Assembly: GCF_000020225.1 (NCBI RefSeq)
Contig: NC_010655.1
Coordinates: 2,280,001 to 2,312,000, forward strand
Direction of reading: 5' to 3'
DNA: 32,000 nt
DNA from: Akkermansia muciniphila ATCC BAA-835
GTDB lineage: Bacteria > Verrucomicrobiota > Verrucomicrobiia > Verrucomicrobiales > Akkermansiaceae
Of this stretch, positions 17,599 through 26,617 are shown in pieces. The position numbers and the translations under genes were made by a program. The first letter of the stretch is position 1, and every line of letters starts with the position of its first letter. The notes beneath the pieces were generated by a model that saw nothing but the letters and a program-made list of their open reading frames with translations, did no database searches and was not told where the DNA came from.

Positions 17599-18423
17599 TT
17601 ATCTCCTGTGCGTTCCGTGGGAATTCCCGGGATTGGAGGGTTTCGGTGAAGGGGATGGACGGGATGGCGCAGATGAATGAGGGGAGGACGGCCTGCTGGG
17701 TGCGCTGGCGGAATGGGGCGGGGAAGAAGGCCGGGAAACGGGAGAGGGCCTGCCGGGGCGGTTGATGCCGGAGTGGCCTGGATTGGGGGCGGAAGGCCTT
17801 GAAGACGGCAGGGTGGAAGGGCGGCTGGGACGTCCGAAATCCGGTCTGGAGGGACGGTTGCCTTCCGGACGGTTGATGACGGGGCGATTCGTGCCGCCGG
17901 GACGGGAAGGATTATTGGCGGAAGGGCGAGAAGGCCGTCCGGGCTGGTTGATTCCCGGATGATGTGCTGGCGGCCGCTGTAAATTGCCGGGTTTTCCAAA
18001 GTCCGGCCGTTGATTGGGCCGTCCGGGCTGAGGGGCCGGCCTGTTGTTTCCCGGACGGAAATGGTCAGGCCTGAAGTGGGGTTTCATCGGCGGTTTTGCC
18101 ATGGGGCGGCAGTTATGGGGACGGACATAATGCCCGCGGTAATAGGGAGCCGGCCCCCACGTGGGAATATAGTAATTCGGACGGATCAGGTTGATGGAGT
18201 AAATGGGGCTTCCGAACGTGTCGTAGGCATAAATGGGTCTTCCTCCATAATATCCGTAAATGGGGTAGCCGGAGCTGTCATACATGTACGACACGCCGGA
18301 ACCTCCGCTGCTGTAGGAGCCTGACACGCTGAAATTGTCATAATAAGGATCGTAGCAGCCGGACAAAGCGCAGCCGATAGCGGCCGCCAGCAGTGAGTTT
18401 TTTAAGATAACGTATGCTTTCAT
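17599..18423 (-). CDS. Low-complexity lipoprotein with a Tyr/Gly-rich N-terminal part and an Arg-Pro-Ser-rich disordered C-terminal part (274 aa).
   Basis: Signal peptide plus lipobox MKAYVILKNSLLAAAIGCALSGC. It is the only long open frame here, and the plus-strand ORFs are fragmented. Many RPSRP / NRP / GRP repeats. Confidence 0.7.
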   Translation of the reverse strand: MKAYVILKNSLLAAAIGCALSGCYDPYYDNFSVSGSYSSGGSGVSYMYDSSGYPIYGYYGGRPIYAYDTFGSPIYSINLIRPNYYIPTWGPAPYYRGHYVRPHNCRPMAKPPMKPHFRPDHFRPGNNRPAPQPGRPNQRPDFGKPGNLQRPPAHHPGINQPGRPSRPSANNPSRPGGTNRPVINRPEGNRPSRPDFGRPSRPSTLPSSRPSAPNPGHSGINRPGRPSPVSRPSSPPHSASAPSRPSSPHSSAPSRPSPSPKPSNPGNSHGTHRR

Positions 18424-18553
18424 GATGACGAAACAGGGCGGATTATATTTTCCCTTTGCCTGAAAAGCGGCAAGGAAAAAGTACATTTGTTTAAAATTAT
18501 TTTGCTTGGAAACGCACTTCCTGTTGTCTTAGACTGCAAAAACGTTCTACGCG

Positions 18554-19387
18554 ATGGGAATTCTTCTTCAAAATAAAAAAGTCGGCCTGGCTCTGCTGTG
18601 CGATAACGCCCCTTATACGCTGGCTATGACTCTGGCTTCCTATGGCAGGTCCGGGCTGCTTGGCTATTTTGACGAAGCATGCGCCGTTTTTCCGGAAAGC
18701 GCCGTCAAGGTACTGGAGACGGCCCTTTTCCATGGGCTTTCCGCGGTGGCCGCCCCGGTGGAAGGCGGTTTTATAGGAGCCCTCCATACGGCGGTCAACG
18801 CTCTTGATACGGATTACGTGCTGCTGGCGGAGGATGACTGCATGATCTGGGAACACCTGCGCGGGGAAAACCTGGAAAAGCAGTTGAAACGGGCATTGGA
18901 CCTGCTGATTTCCGGACAGGCGGATATGGTGCGCCTGCGCCATGCATGGCGCGGTTGCACGCGCTATAAGGCCGCTTATACATATTCCTACTTTTATCCC
19001 GTGGAACAGCTGGCCACCATGTGGGTGCATGCGGAAGGTTTGTCGGAAGCGCCGGACTGGATTAAAAGCATCCGGCGCTTCTTCCACCCTCTCCGCTCCA
19101 AGCGTTCGATAGGCCGTTGCGTTTATGTGGAGCAGAACCCGCATCTTCGCTTTCCCCAGTACATTACCAAGATTGATGAAGGCTATATTATTGACAGCGA
19201 GGTTTTCCAGTGGACCAACCAGCCTACGCTCATCGCACGTTCCAGAATCAGGCAGATTCTGACGGGGCTGGAGCAGATGTCCGGCTCCATCGGGAAATTG
19301 CCGCAGGATTTTGAACATGCCGTCAATAGCCCGCGATGGAGGAACGCCCATATGAACATAGGCGTCATCAGGGGAATTTTCACTTAA
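18554..19387 (+). CDS. Hypothetical protein, possibly a GT-A-fold glycosyltransferase-like enzyme.
   Basis: 277-aa ORF. DYVLLAEDDC resembles a DxD motif region. The antisense 284-aa ORF is Arg/His-rich junk. The stop abuts the next start (TAAATG at 19385-19390). Confidence 0.6.
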   Translation: MGILLQNKKVGLALLCDNAPYTLAMTLASYGRSGLLGYFDEACAVFPESAVKVLETALFHGLSAVAAPVEGGFIGALHTAVNALDTDYVLLAEDDCMIWEHLRGENLEKQLKRALDLLISGQADMVRLRHAWRGCTRYKAAYTYSYFYPVEQLATMWVHAEGLSEAPDWIKSIRRFFHPLRSKRSIGRCVYVEQNPHLRFPQYITKIDEGYIIDSEVFQWTNQPTLIARSRIRQILTGLEQMSGSIGKLPQDFEHAVNSPRWRNAHMNIGVIRGIFT

Positions 19388-19741
19388 ATGCGTATGGAAG
19401 ACGGCGGAAAAGCGGTGCGGTATGAATGCACCAGATGCGGCGCGTGCTGCCGCTGGGCCGGGGATGTGTGCGTTGAGACGGATGAAATCCGCGAGATTTC
19501 CCGTTTCCTGGACATGGACGAACAGGTTTTTATTGACACATGCTGCCGGTTGAGAGCCAACCGGCGCGGATTGTCCATCCGGGACGCGGAAGATGGCGCC
19601 TGCATGATGCTGACGAAAGACGGCTGCCGGATCAATCCCGTTAAACCCCGCCAGTGCCGGGATTTTCCCAACAAATGGAATTTTCCCGGCTGGCGGGATT
19701 TGTGCCGCGCCAGAGAAGTGGGGGAGGAACGGGAAGCATAA
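19388..19741 (+). CDS. YkgJ-family cysteine-cluster protein (putative Fe-S/Zn-binding, UPF0153).
   Basis: N-terminal CTRCGACCR (CxxCxxCC) motif and C-terminal CRINPVKPRQCRDFP. 117 aa. Confidence 0.8.
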   Translation: MRMEDGGKAVRYECTRCGACCRWAGDVCVETDEIREISRFLDMDEQVFIDTCCRLRANRRGLSIRDAEDGACMMLTKDGCRINPVKPRQCRDFPNKWNFPGWRDLCRAREVGEEREA

Positions 19742-19755
19742 TATGGCCGGAATGC

Positions 19756-19827
19756 CGCAAGATTCTTTTCTGCTTCCGGCATTATTCCATGGACGGGGTG
19801 AAATCCGGCTGGAATCTTGCGTTTTTT
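19756..19827 (+). terminator. Long-stem terminator after the ykgJ-like gene.
   Basis: CGCAAGATTC (19756-19765) pairs with GAATCTTGCG (19812-19821) around an internally structured loop, followed by TTTTTT (19822-19827). The T-run overlaps the aroA stop codon on the other strand. Confidence 0.4.
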
Positions 19828-21133
19828 ACAGGAACTGAGCCAGATCCCGTTCAAAACCGGGATAGGACGTATTGATGCATTCCGCATCCGTCACTACGGT
19901 TTCTCCCTGTGCGCTGAGTCCGGCCACCAGGAAGCTCATGGCGATGCGGTGGTCCCCATAACTGGATAATTCCGTTCCCTTCAGGGGAGTGCCGCCGTGA
20001 ACAACCATGCCATCGTCAAATTCTTCCACATCCACGCCCATGAGCCGGAGGTTGGCCGCCGTGGTGGCGATGCGGTCCGTTTCCTTGACGCGTAATTCGC
20101 GGGCGTTTCGGACGATGAAGTCTCCCCGGCCCAGGGCTCCCGCTACGGCCAGGATAGGTATCTCGTCAATGAGGTTGGGTATTTCTTCCGGGAGGAGGCT
20201 GGTGCCGTGCAGGGAATCCGAACCGTACACGGTAATATCGCCGTATGGTTCGCCGGCATCTTCCGGAGAAGTGGGCACGATGTCCATTCGCGCGCCCATC
20301 CGCTGCAGAGCGCTGATGACGGCGTTCCGCGTCTTGTTCAGCCCTACCTGGCGCAACGTCAGGCGGGAACCCGGACGGCTGGCGGCGGCCACCATCCAGA
20401 AGGCTGCGGAGGAAATATCTGCCGGGACTGTCAAATCATGGGCGACGGGGAGAGCTGGCCCGCAGGTTCCGACGGTAAGTCCATCCACGGTGCAGGGAAC
20501 GCCGAAATGGCGGAACAGGCGTTCTGTATGGTCGCGGGTGACGGCCGGCTGGCGCACGGTGGTGGTTCCGTCCGCAAACATGCCCGCCAATAGAATGGCG
20601 CTTTTAACCTGGGCGCTGGCCATGGGAAGCGTGTAGGAAATGGGGTGCACCCGCCCGCCGTGAATGCTCAGCGGAGCACAGCCCGGTTTGGCTCCCCGGG
20701 CTTCAATCCGCGCTCCCATCTGTTCCAGAGGCTGCATGATGCGGCCCATGGGGCGGGAGCTCAGGGAAGCGTCCCCAAACATTTCCGAATCAAAGGGGCA
20801 GGCGGCCAGCATCCCGGCCAGCAGCCTCATGCCCGTGCCGGAATTGCCGCAGTCAATGGGCCGTTCAGGAGCCTTGGGGCTCATGGCGACGCCCGTAATT
20901 CGGAAGCGGACGGGGCCGTATCCCTGCCGTTCTTCCAGCACATCCACTTTGGCGCCTAGCTGCTCCATGGCGCGCAGGGTATTCAGGCAATCTTCACTGC
21001 ATAGAAAATTATCCACTTCCGTCACTCCTTCCGCCAGGCCTCCCAGAATGGCGGCGCGGTGGGAAATGCTTTTGTCTCCGGGCACGGTCAGTGCCCCTTG
21101 CAGGGAGGAAATGGAATGGGAATGAAGGTTCAT
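19826..21133 (-). CDS. aroA: 3-phosphoshikimate 1-carboxyvinyltransferase (EPSP synthase) with class II signature motifs.
   Basis: PGDKSISHR, SAQVKSAILLAG, RDHTE, NKTR and SSRPMGRI motifs. 435 aa. Confidence 0.95.
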   Translation of the reverse strand: MNLHSHSISSLQGALTVPGDKSISHRAAILGGLAEGVTEVDNFLCSEDCLNTLRAMEQLGAKVDVLEERQGYGPVRFRITGVAMSPKAPERPIDCGNSGTGMRLLAGMLAACPFDSEMFGDASLSSRPMGRIMQPLEQMGARIEARGAKPGCAPLSIHGGRVHPISYTLPMASAQVKSAILLAGMFADGTTTVRQPAVTRDHTERLFRHFGVPCTVDGLTVGTCGPALPVAHDLTVPADISSAAFWMVAAASRPGSRLTLRQVGLNKTRNAVISALQRMGARMDIVPTSPEDAGEPYGDITVYGSDSLHGTSLLPEEIPNLIDEIPILAVAGALGRGDFIVRNARELRVKETDRIATTAANLRLMGVDVEEFDDGMVVHGGTPLKGTELSSYGDHRIAMSFLVAGLSAQGETVVTDAECINTSYPGFERDLAQFL

Positions 21134-21497
21134 GAGTTTCCGGAAGAACTACCCTGTATCGGATGCAGAATCAAGCCAATTACGAGATGGGCGGAGGCAT
21201 CAGGGAGCATTCCAGAATGGAGTTGATTTTCCGGGACGGTGGCGTATATTCATGTGCGTTATCGGCTGCATCCCCCTGAAGAGAAGGAGAGAGCTTTTCA
21301 GGATCAATGGATCAAGCTGGTTTTCATAGGTAGTAAGTTGGAGCGGCCACGGGAGCAGTCCTGTGGCCGCTTTACCTTGTTCAGGGAAGAGGGCGCCCAT
21401 TGGCTTGAAGAAGGAAGCGGAAGGAAGAAAGAAACAAAATGCTTTCCATGTCTGCTTTGGGCTTTACCGCGAGCCGATGAAAGCGTATGTAGTCCAT

Positions 21498-21921
<424 letters not shown>

Positions 21922-22009
21922 CTGCTTTTTTACCATGCCGTTTTCCTCCCCTCTTTTCGGGGGAAGAGAAACATCCGGGAAATTGTCCCGTTCCGGGGGC
22001 TCTTTGGGG

Positions 22010-22037
22010 TTGCATGGGCGTTTTAAATGTGTAGAAT
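22010..22037 (+). promoter_or_regulatory. Sigma70-like promoter candidate for murA.
   Basis: TTGCAT (22010-22015), 16-nt spacer, TAGAAT (22032-22037), about 24 nt upstream of the murA ATG. Confidence 0.4.
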
Positions 22038-22060
22038 CCGTCACCTAATTGCAACCCACT

Positions 22061-23338
22061 ATGGAGAAGCTTGTCGTACATGGAGGTTTTACGCTGAGGG
22101 GAGCCGTCAATATCAGCGGGTCCAAAAATGCCTCCCTGCCTATTTTGGCCGCATCCCTGCTGACGGATGAGCCTGTAGTGGTGCGCCGGGTTCCGGATGT
22201 TTCCGATACCAATTTCATGGTGCAGATCATGGGCCAGCTGGGAGCCTCCGTGGAGCGGTCCAGCGGCAATGTGCGCGTGGAAGCCAGGAACCTGCATTCC
22301 GAAGCCGCTTATGAACAGGTGCGCAAGATGCGCGCCTCCATCTGCCTGATGGGGCCCTTGATGGCCCGCATGCAGCGGTGCGTGATTCCCCTGCCGGGCG
22401 GCTGTGTGATTGGCGACCGTCCTGTGGATCTGCATATCAGGGCCATCCAGGCATTGGGGGCACAGGTGCAGATTGAGCGTGGCAACCTGATTATTGAAGC
22501 TCCCAGGGGGTTGAAAGGAGCCACGGTGGATTTGAGCGGCGACCACGGCCCCACCGTTCTGGGAACGGACAACCTGATGATGGCCGCCGTATTGGCGGAA
22601 GGCACCACCGTTATTGAATCCGCCGCCTCCGAGCCGGAAGTGGTGGATCTGGCGAACTTTTTAACCAAGATGGGCGCCAATATTCAAGGTGCGGGAACGC
22701 GCCGGATCGTCATTGAGGGAGTGGAAAAGCTCCGCGGCTGCAACCATACCGTTATCCCGGACCGCATTGAGGCCGGCACCTTTATGGTGGCGGCGGCTAT
22801 GATGGGGGATGGCGTGACCCTGCGGCGCGTGTGTGAGGAACACATGACTGTGGTGACGGATTTGCTCCGGAAGTGCGGCCACCACGTGGAATTCAACGAG
22901 CGGGGGGATACGGTCACCATCATTGCCGGGAAAACGCCCAAATGCGGGGAAATCAAGACAGCCCCGTATCCCGGCTACCCCACGGACATGCAGGCCCAGA
23001 TGACGGCTCTCTTCGCCACCACGCCGGGCATCTCCGTGGTGAAGGATACTATTTTCCCGCAGCGTTTCATGCACTGCTCCGAACTCAAGCGCATGGGGGC
23101 GGACATCAAGGTGGACAACGGCACTGCCGTCATTTCCGGAGTGGAAACGCTCAGCGGCGCCCCCGTCATGGCCTCCGACCTGCGGGCCTCCGCCGCCCTG
23201 GTTCTGGCAGCCCTGAAGGCGGAAGGCACTACGGAAATCCACCGCCTGTACCATATTGACCGGGGCTATGAAATGATTGACGAAAAACTCCTGGCCATCG
23301 GCGCTGCAGTGGAAAGGCTGCCGGATGACGACAATTAA
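22061..23338 (+). CDS. murA: UDP-N-acetylglucosamine 1-carboxyvinyltransferase.
   Basis: Motifs ISGSKNASLPILAASLL and LPGGCVIGDRPVDLH (active-site Cys present). ATG at 22061 preferred over TTG at 22049. Confidence 0.95.
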   Translation: MEKLVVHGGFTLRGAVNISGSKNASLPILAASLLTDEPVVVRRVPDVSDTNFMVQIMGQLGASVERSSGNVRVEARNLHSEAAYEQVRKMRASICLMGPLMARMQRCVIPLPGGCVIGDRPVDLHIRAIQALGAQVQIERGNLIIEAPRGLKGATVDLSGDHGPTVLGTDNLMMAAVLAEGTTVIESAASEPEVVDLANFLTKMGANIQGAGTRRIVIEGVEKLRGCNHTVIPDRIEAGTFMVAAAMMGDGVTLRRVCEEHMTVVTDLLRKCGHHVEFNERGDTVTIIAGKTPKCGEIKTAPYPGYPTDMQAQMTALFATTPGISVVKDTIFPQRFMHCSELKRMGADIKVDNGTAVISGVETLSGAPVMASDLRASAALVLAALKAEGTTEIHRLYHIDRGYEMIDEKLLAIGAAVERLPDDDN

Positions 23339-23419
23339 CGCCGTTTTAGGTCCTGATTTTCCTTCACACCGCATTTTTTCTTTACTGTCAGGGCTCCATA
23401 TGCTATTCACCGAAGTCCT

Positions 23420-23689
23420 ATGAACAAGGCTCAACTGATCGAACTGATTCAAAGCAAGCTGGGTGCTGATACGACCAAGAAGCACGCTGAAGAAGCTCTG
23501 GCCGCTGTGCTGGAATCCATCAAGGAAGGCGTGAAGGAATCCGGCAAGGTGCAGATCATTGGCTTTGGTACGTTTGCTACCAAGACCCGTGAAGCCCGTA
23601 CCGGCCGCAACCCGAAGACCGGCAACACGATTAATATTCCCGCCTCCAAGACGGTTGCTTTCAAGGCCTCTTCCGCCTTGAAGGACTAA
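23420..23689 (+). CDS. hup: HU-family nucleoid-associated DNA-binding protein.
   Basis: MNKAQLIE...GFGTFATKTREARTGRNPKTGNTINIPASKTVAFKAS is a canonical HU/IHF fold sequence. 89 aa. Confidence 0.95.
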   Translation: MNKAQLIELIQSKLGADTTKKHAEEALAAVLESIKEGVKESGKVQIIGFGTFATKTREARTGRNPKTGNTINIPASKTVAFKASSALKD

Positions 23690-23727
23690 GACGGCAACTC
23701 CTTCTCAAGGGAGTACTTTTCTTTCAG

Positions 23728-23760
23728 CACCCCCGTCCTTTGAGGACAGGGGTGTTTTTT
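23728..23760 (+). terminator. Rho-independent terminator after the HU gene.
   Basis: Stem CACCCCCGTCC (23728-23738) / GGACAGGGGTG (23744-23754) with one mismatch, followed by TTTTTT. Confidence 0.75.
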
Positions 23761-23785
23761 ATGTCCCGGTGCGGATGCACACGGC

Positions 23786-23814
23786 TTGACCGGGTGAACG
23801 CCTCCGTCTAGAAT
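23786..23814 (+). promoter_or_regulatory. Sigma70-like promoter for aroC. It predicts a leaderless or near-leaderless mRNA.
   Basis: TTGACC (23786-23791), 17-nt spacer, TAGAAT (23809-23814). Only 6 nt (ACCGCC) lie between the -10 element and the aroC ATG at 23821. Confidence 0.5.
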
Positions 23815-23820
23815 ACCGCC

Positions 23821-24906
23821 ATGTCCAGCAGTTTTGGTCAGGTGTTCAGAATTTCTACCTGGGGTGAATCCCATGGGACTGGGGTAGGCGTGGTGATTGA
23901 TGGTTGCCCGTCCCTCGTCCCGGTGACGGAAGAAGACATTCAGCGGGAGCTGGACCGGCGCAGGCCGGGGCAGAGCGACATCGTAACCCCCCGCAGGGAG
24001 GAAGACCGCGCGGAAATCCTTTCCGGAGTGCTGGACGGCAAAACCCTGGGAACGCCTATCGCCATCAGTGTCCGGAACAAGGACCACCGCTCTTCCGCCT
24101 ATGACGAGATGGCCAGAACGTACCGGCCCTCCCACGCGGACTATACATACGACGCTAAATACGGCATTCGCGCCTGGGCGGGCGGGGGCCGGGCCTCCGC
24201 ACGGGAAACCATCGGCCGCGTCGCAGCCGGAGCGGTGGCCAGGGCCGTGCTGAAGCAGGCTTTCCCCGATATGGAGGTCGTGGCCTGGGTGGATCAGGTT
24301 CACCATGTGAAAGCTTCCGTGGACTGGGGAGCCGTGACGGCCTCTGCCATTGAGAGCAACATCGTCCGTACGGCGGACCCCTCCGCTGCGGAAGCCATGA
24401 TCGCTGCCATCAAGGAAGCTCGTGACTCCGGAAACTCCTTGGGCGGCGTGGTCAAATGCGTGGTGCGCGGCTGCCCTCCCGGACTGGGTGATCCGGTTTT
24501 TGACAAGCTGGACGCTACGCTTGCCCACGCCATGATGAGCATTCCCGCCACCAAGGCTTTCGCCGTGGGTTCCGGTTTTGAAGCGGCGGACATGACCGGC
24601 TTGGAACATAATGACCCTTTTTACATGCAGGGCTGCCGGGTGCGTACTACCACCAACCACTCCGGCGGTATTCAGGGCGGCATCTCCAACGGAGAGGACA
24701 TTCTGATGCGCATCGGCTTCAAGCCTACGGCCACCTTGATGATTGACCAGCAGACGGTCAACAGGGACGGGGAGGATGCCCGGCTCAAGGGCAGGGGACG
24801 GCATGATGCCTGCGTACTGCCGCGCGCCGTGCCCATTGTGGAGGCCATGGCCTGGCTCTGCCTGTGCGACCACTACCTGCGCCAACGCTGCCAGAGGGCT
24901 CTGTAA
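23821..24906 (+). CDS. aroC: Chorismate synthase.
   Basis: Motifs [31 protein letters not shown] and [14 protein letters not shown]. 361 aa. Confidence 0.95.
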   Translation: MSSSFGQVFRISTWGESHGTGVGVVIDGCPSLVPVTEEDIQRELDRRRPGQSDIVTPRREEDRAEILSGVLDGKTLGTPIAISVRNKDHRSSAYDEMARTYRPSHADYTYDAKYGIRAWAGGGRASARETIGRVAAGAVARAVLKQAFPDMEVVAWVDQVHHVKASVDWGAVTASAIESNIVRTADPSAAEAMIAAIKEARDSGNSLGGVVKCVVRGCPPGLGDPVFDKLDATLAHAMMSIPATKAFAVGSGFEAADMTGLEHNDPFYMQGCRVRTTTNHSGGIQGGISNGEDILMRIGFKPTATLMIDQQTVNRDGEDARLKGRGRHDACVLPRAVPIVEAMAWLCLCDHYLRQRCQRAL

Positions 24907-24939
24907 CAACCGGTTTCACGGCTTCTTTTCCCCTCATTC

Positions 24940-25833
24940 ATGGATTCCTCCCTCACATTTTACCTGGTTCTGGGCGCATTGCTGCTGGGTTTCATTGTAC
25001 TCGGCATGCTGAAGGGGATGATTAAGATGCTCCTGTTCGGCGCGGCAGTGCTCTCTTCCGTAGCCGCTTACTTCTGGCTATCCAAATACGGTTTCACCTA
25101 CCTCTCTTTCATCACCAGCGACCCGCGGGAATGGATGGTCACGGTGCTGTCCGTCGGAGGCGCGGCGGCTGTCTTCTTTGTCTTTATGCACGGTCTCTTC
25201 TGGTTCAGCGACGTCTTCTCCTGGGGACGGCGCATGGGCTTCGGCGGGGCCAAGGGAATCGTCACGACGGTACTGATGGCGGCAGTCGTATGCTGGGTGG
25301 GAGTCATGTGCATCTTCTTTTACGGCTCCATGGCGGAAATGACCCGCGCCCGAGAACTGGCCCTGTACCACATGGACCCCAACCGCACCATTTCCTTACC
25401 TGCCATTTATTCCATCAAAAAGTCCATCATGGACAACCCCCACCTGAGCTGGCTGGAAAAAATATCTCCGGAGCATGATCCGGAACGGCTTTCCCTGGCA
25501 AAAATGATCGCCTACCTGGTGACGCTCAGTCCAGAGCTCTCCGACCAGCGGCGCACCCAGCTGGACTGCTATATGCCCCGTTCCCGCATTACCAGCCGCG
25601 TGCTAAGCCTGAAAAGCCTGAGCGAAGACCCCGCCATCCGCCTTCTGGTGCAGAAGGGGGATATGCAGGGCTTATATAATGATGTCAAGCTGACCCGCTT
25701 TCTGGAAGACCACGATGTCCGTTCCGTCCTGTCCCAACTGGATGTTGATCGTGTGCTGGGCTTTGTCACGGAAATTCGTCGGACGGCCCCAGCCGGAAAT
25801 GAATACATTCCCGAAGCCACGCCAATTGAGTGA
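24940..25833 (+). CDS. Hypothetical membrane protein with a CvpA-like 4-TM N-terminal half and a soluble C-terminal domain.
   Basis: 297-aa ORF. Four hydrophobic helices in the first ~130 aa, with a GMLKGMIK motif after TM1. Hydrophilic C-terminal ~160 aa. Confidence 0.65.
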   Translation: MDSSLTFYLVLGALLLGFIVLGMLKGMIKMLLFGAAVLSSVAAYFWLSKYGFTYLSFITSDPREWMVTVLSVGGAAAVFFVFMHGLFWFSDVFSWGRRMGFGGAKGIVTTVLMAAVVCWVGVMCIFFYGSMAEMTRARELALYHMDPNRTISLPAIYSIKKSIMDNPHLSWLEKISPEHDPERLSLAKMIAYLVTLSPELSDQRRTQLDCYMPRSRITSRVLSLKSLSEDPAIRLLVQKGDMQGLYNDVKLTRFLEDHDVRSVLSQLDVDRVLGFVTEIRRTAPAGNEYIPEATPIE

Positions 25834-25960
25834 TAAGCGCGGATTTTTTGTTCCGCCGGAGTGGATTCGTTCCTTTTATCCGCCTTTAATTCAAGAAAAA
25901 ATCAGGGAGTTATTCCCCCTTGCGCCCGAACCGGAAAAAGAGAGTTCCTGCTTTTTTCAG

Positions 25961-26007
25961 GAAAAAGCGCTTCCTCCAGACGTTCATCCCGGAAGAAGCG
26001 CTCTTTT
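25961..26007. terminator. Bidirectional terminator between the convergent membrane-protein and flavodoxin genes.
   Basis: Stem AGCGCTTCCTCC (25966-25977) / GGAAGAAGCGCT (25991-26002) with one mismatch. An A-run lies upstream and a T-run downstream, so each strand reads hairpin followed by U-tract. Confidence 0.55.
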
Positions 26008-26039
26008 GAGGATAAGGTATTGCAAACCTTGAAAAAACA

Positions 26040-26498
26040 TCAGGAGAGTTTTTCCGCGATGGCATCCACCCATTCCGGGAAGGTATCATCATGGTCTCCA
26101 TTGGAAAGCACTACCGGCAGAAGCCTTTGCGCTTTCAAACGTTCCAGGAAGGAATCGAAGTCCTTGCCAGCCTGGCAGAAGTTTTCGTAAAATTCATCTC
26201 CAAGGGCAAAAACGGCGTAGCTTACCTCGGACAAATCTTCCGAAGAGTCCTTCAATTCCTGATGGAGGGCCTCTGCGTTGGTGGGAGGTTCTCCGTCCCC
26301 CCACGTACTGGTGATGACCAGCAGCGTTCCCGCATTCTTCAACTGTTCCACCGTTATACCTTCCATGTCAACCACCTTTGCCTGATGGCCGAGCTTGGTC
26401 AATTTTGCCCGTGCGTCCTGGGCCAGACTCTCCGAATTGCCAGTTTCCGTTCCGTAGATAATAGTGATTTCCATGCGTTCTGATGATTGGTTTGACAA
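26040..26498 (-). CDS. Flavodoxin.
   Basis: FMN-binding loop IIYGTETGNSE. 152 aa, acidic. ITSTWGDGEPP motif. Confidence 0.88.
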   Translation of the reverse strand: MSNQSSERMEITIIYGTETGNSESLAQDARAKLTKLGHQAKVVDMEGITVEQLKNAGTLLVITSTWGDGEPPTNAEALHQELKDSSEDLSEVSYAVFALGDEFYENFCQAGKDFDSFLERLKAQRLLPVVLSNGDHDDTFPEWVDAIAEKLS

Positions 26499-26617
26499 CG
26501 AAAGTTAGATTAAACTAATTAAACAGGCAAGGCAAAACAGCAGGACGACGGCTGAATTTTTCTTCCTTGTTTATCCTTCAGGGCAACTGGTTTTCCGGAA
26601 AATTCTCCGATACCATA

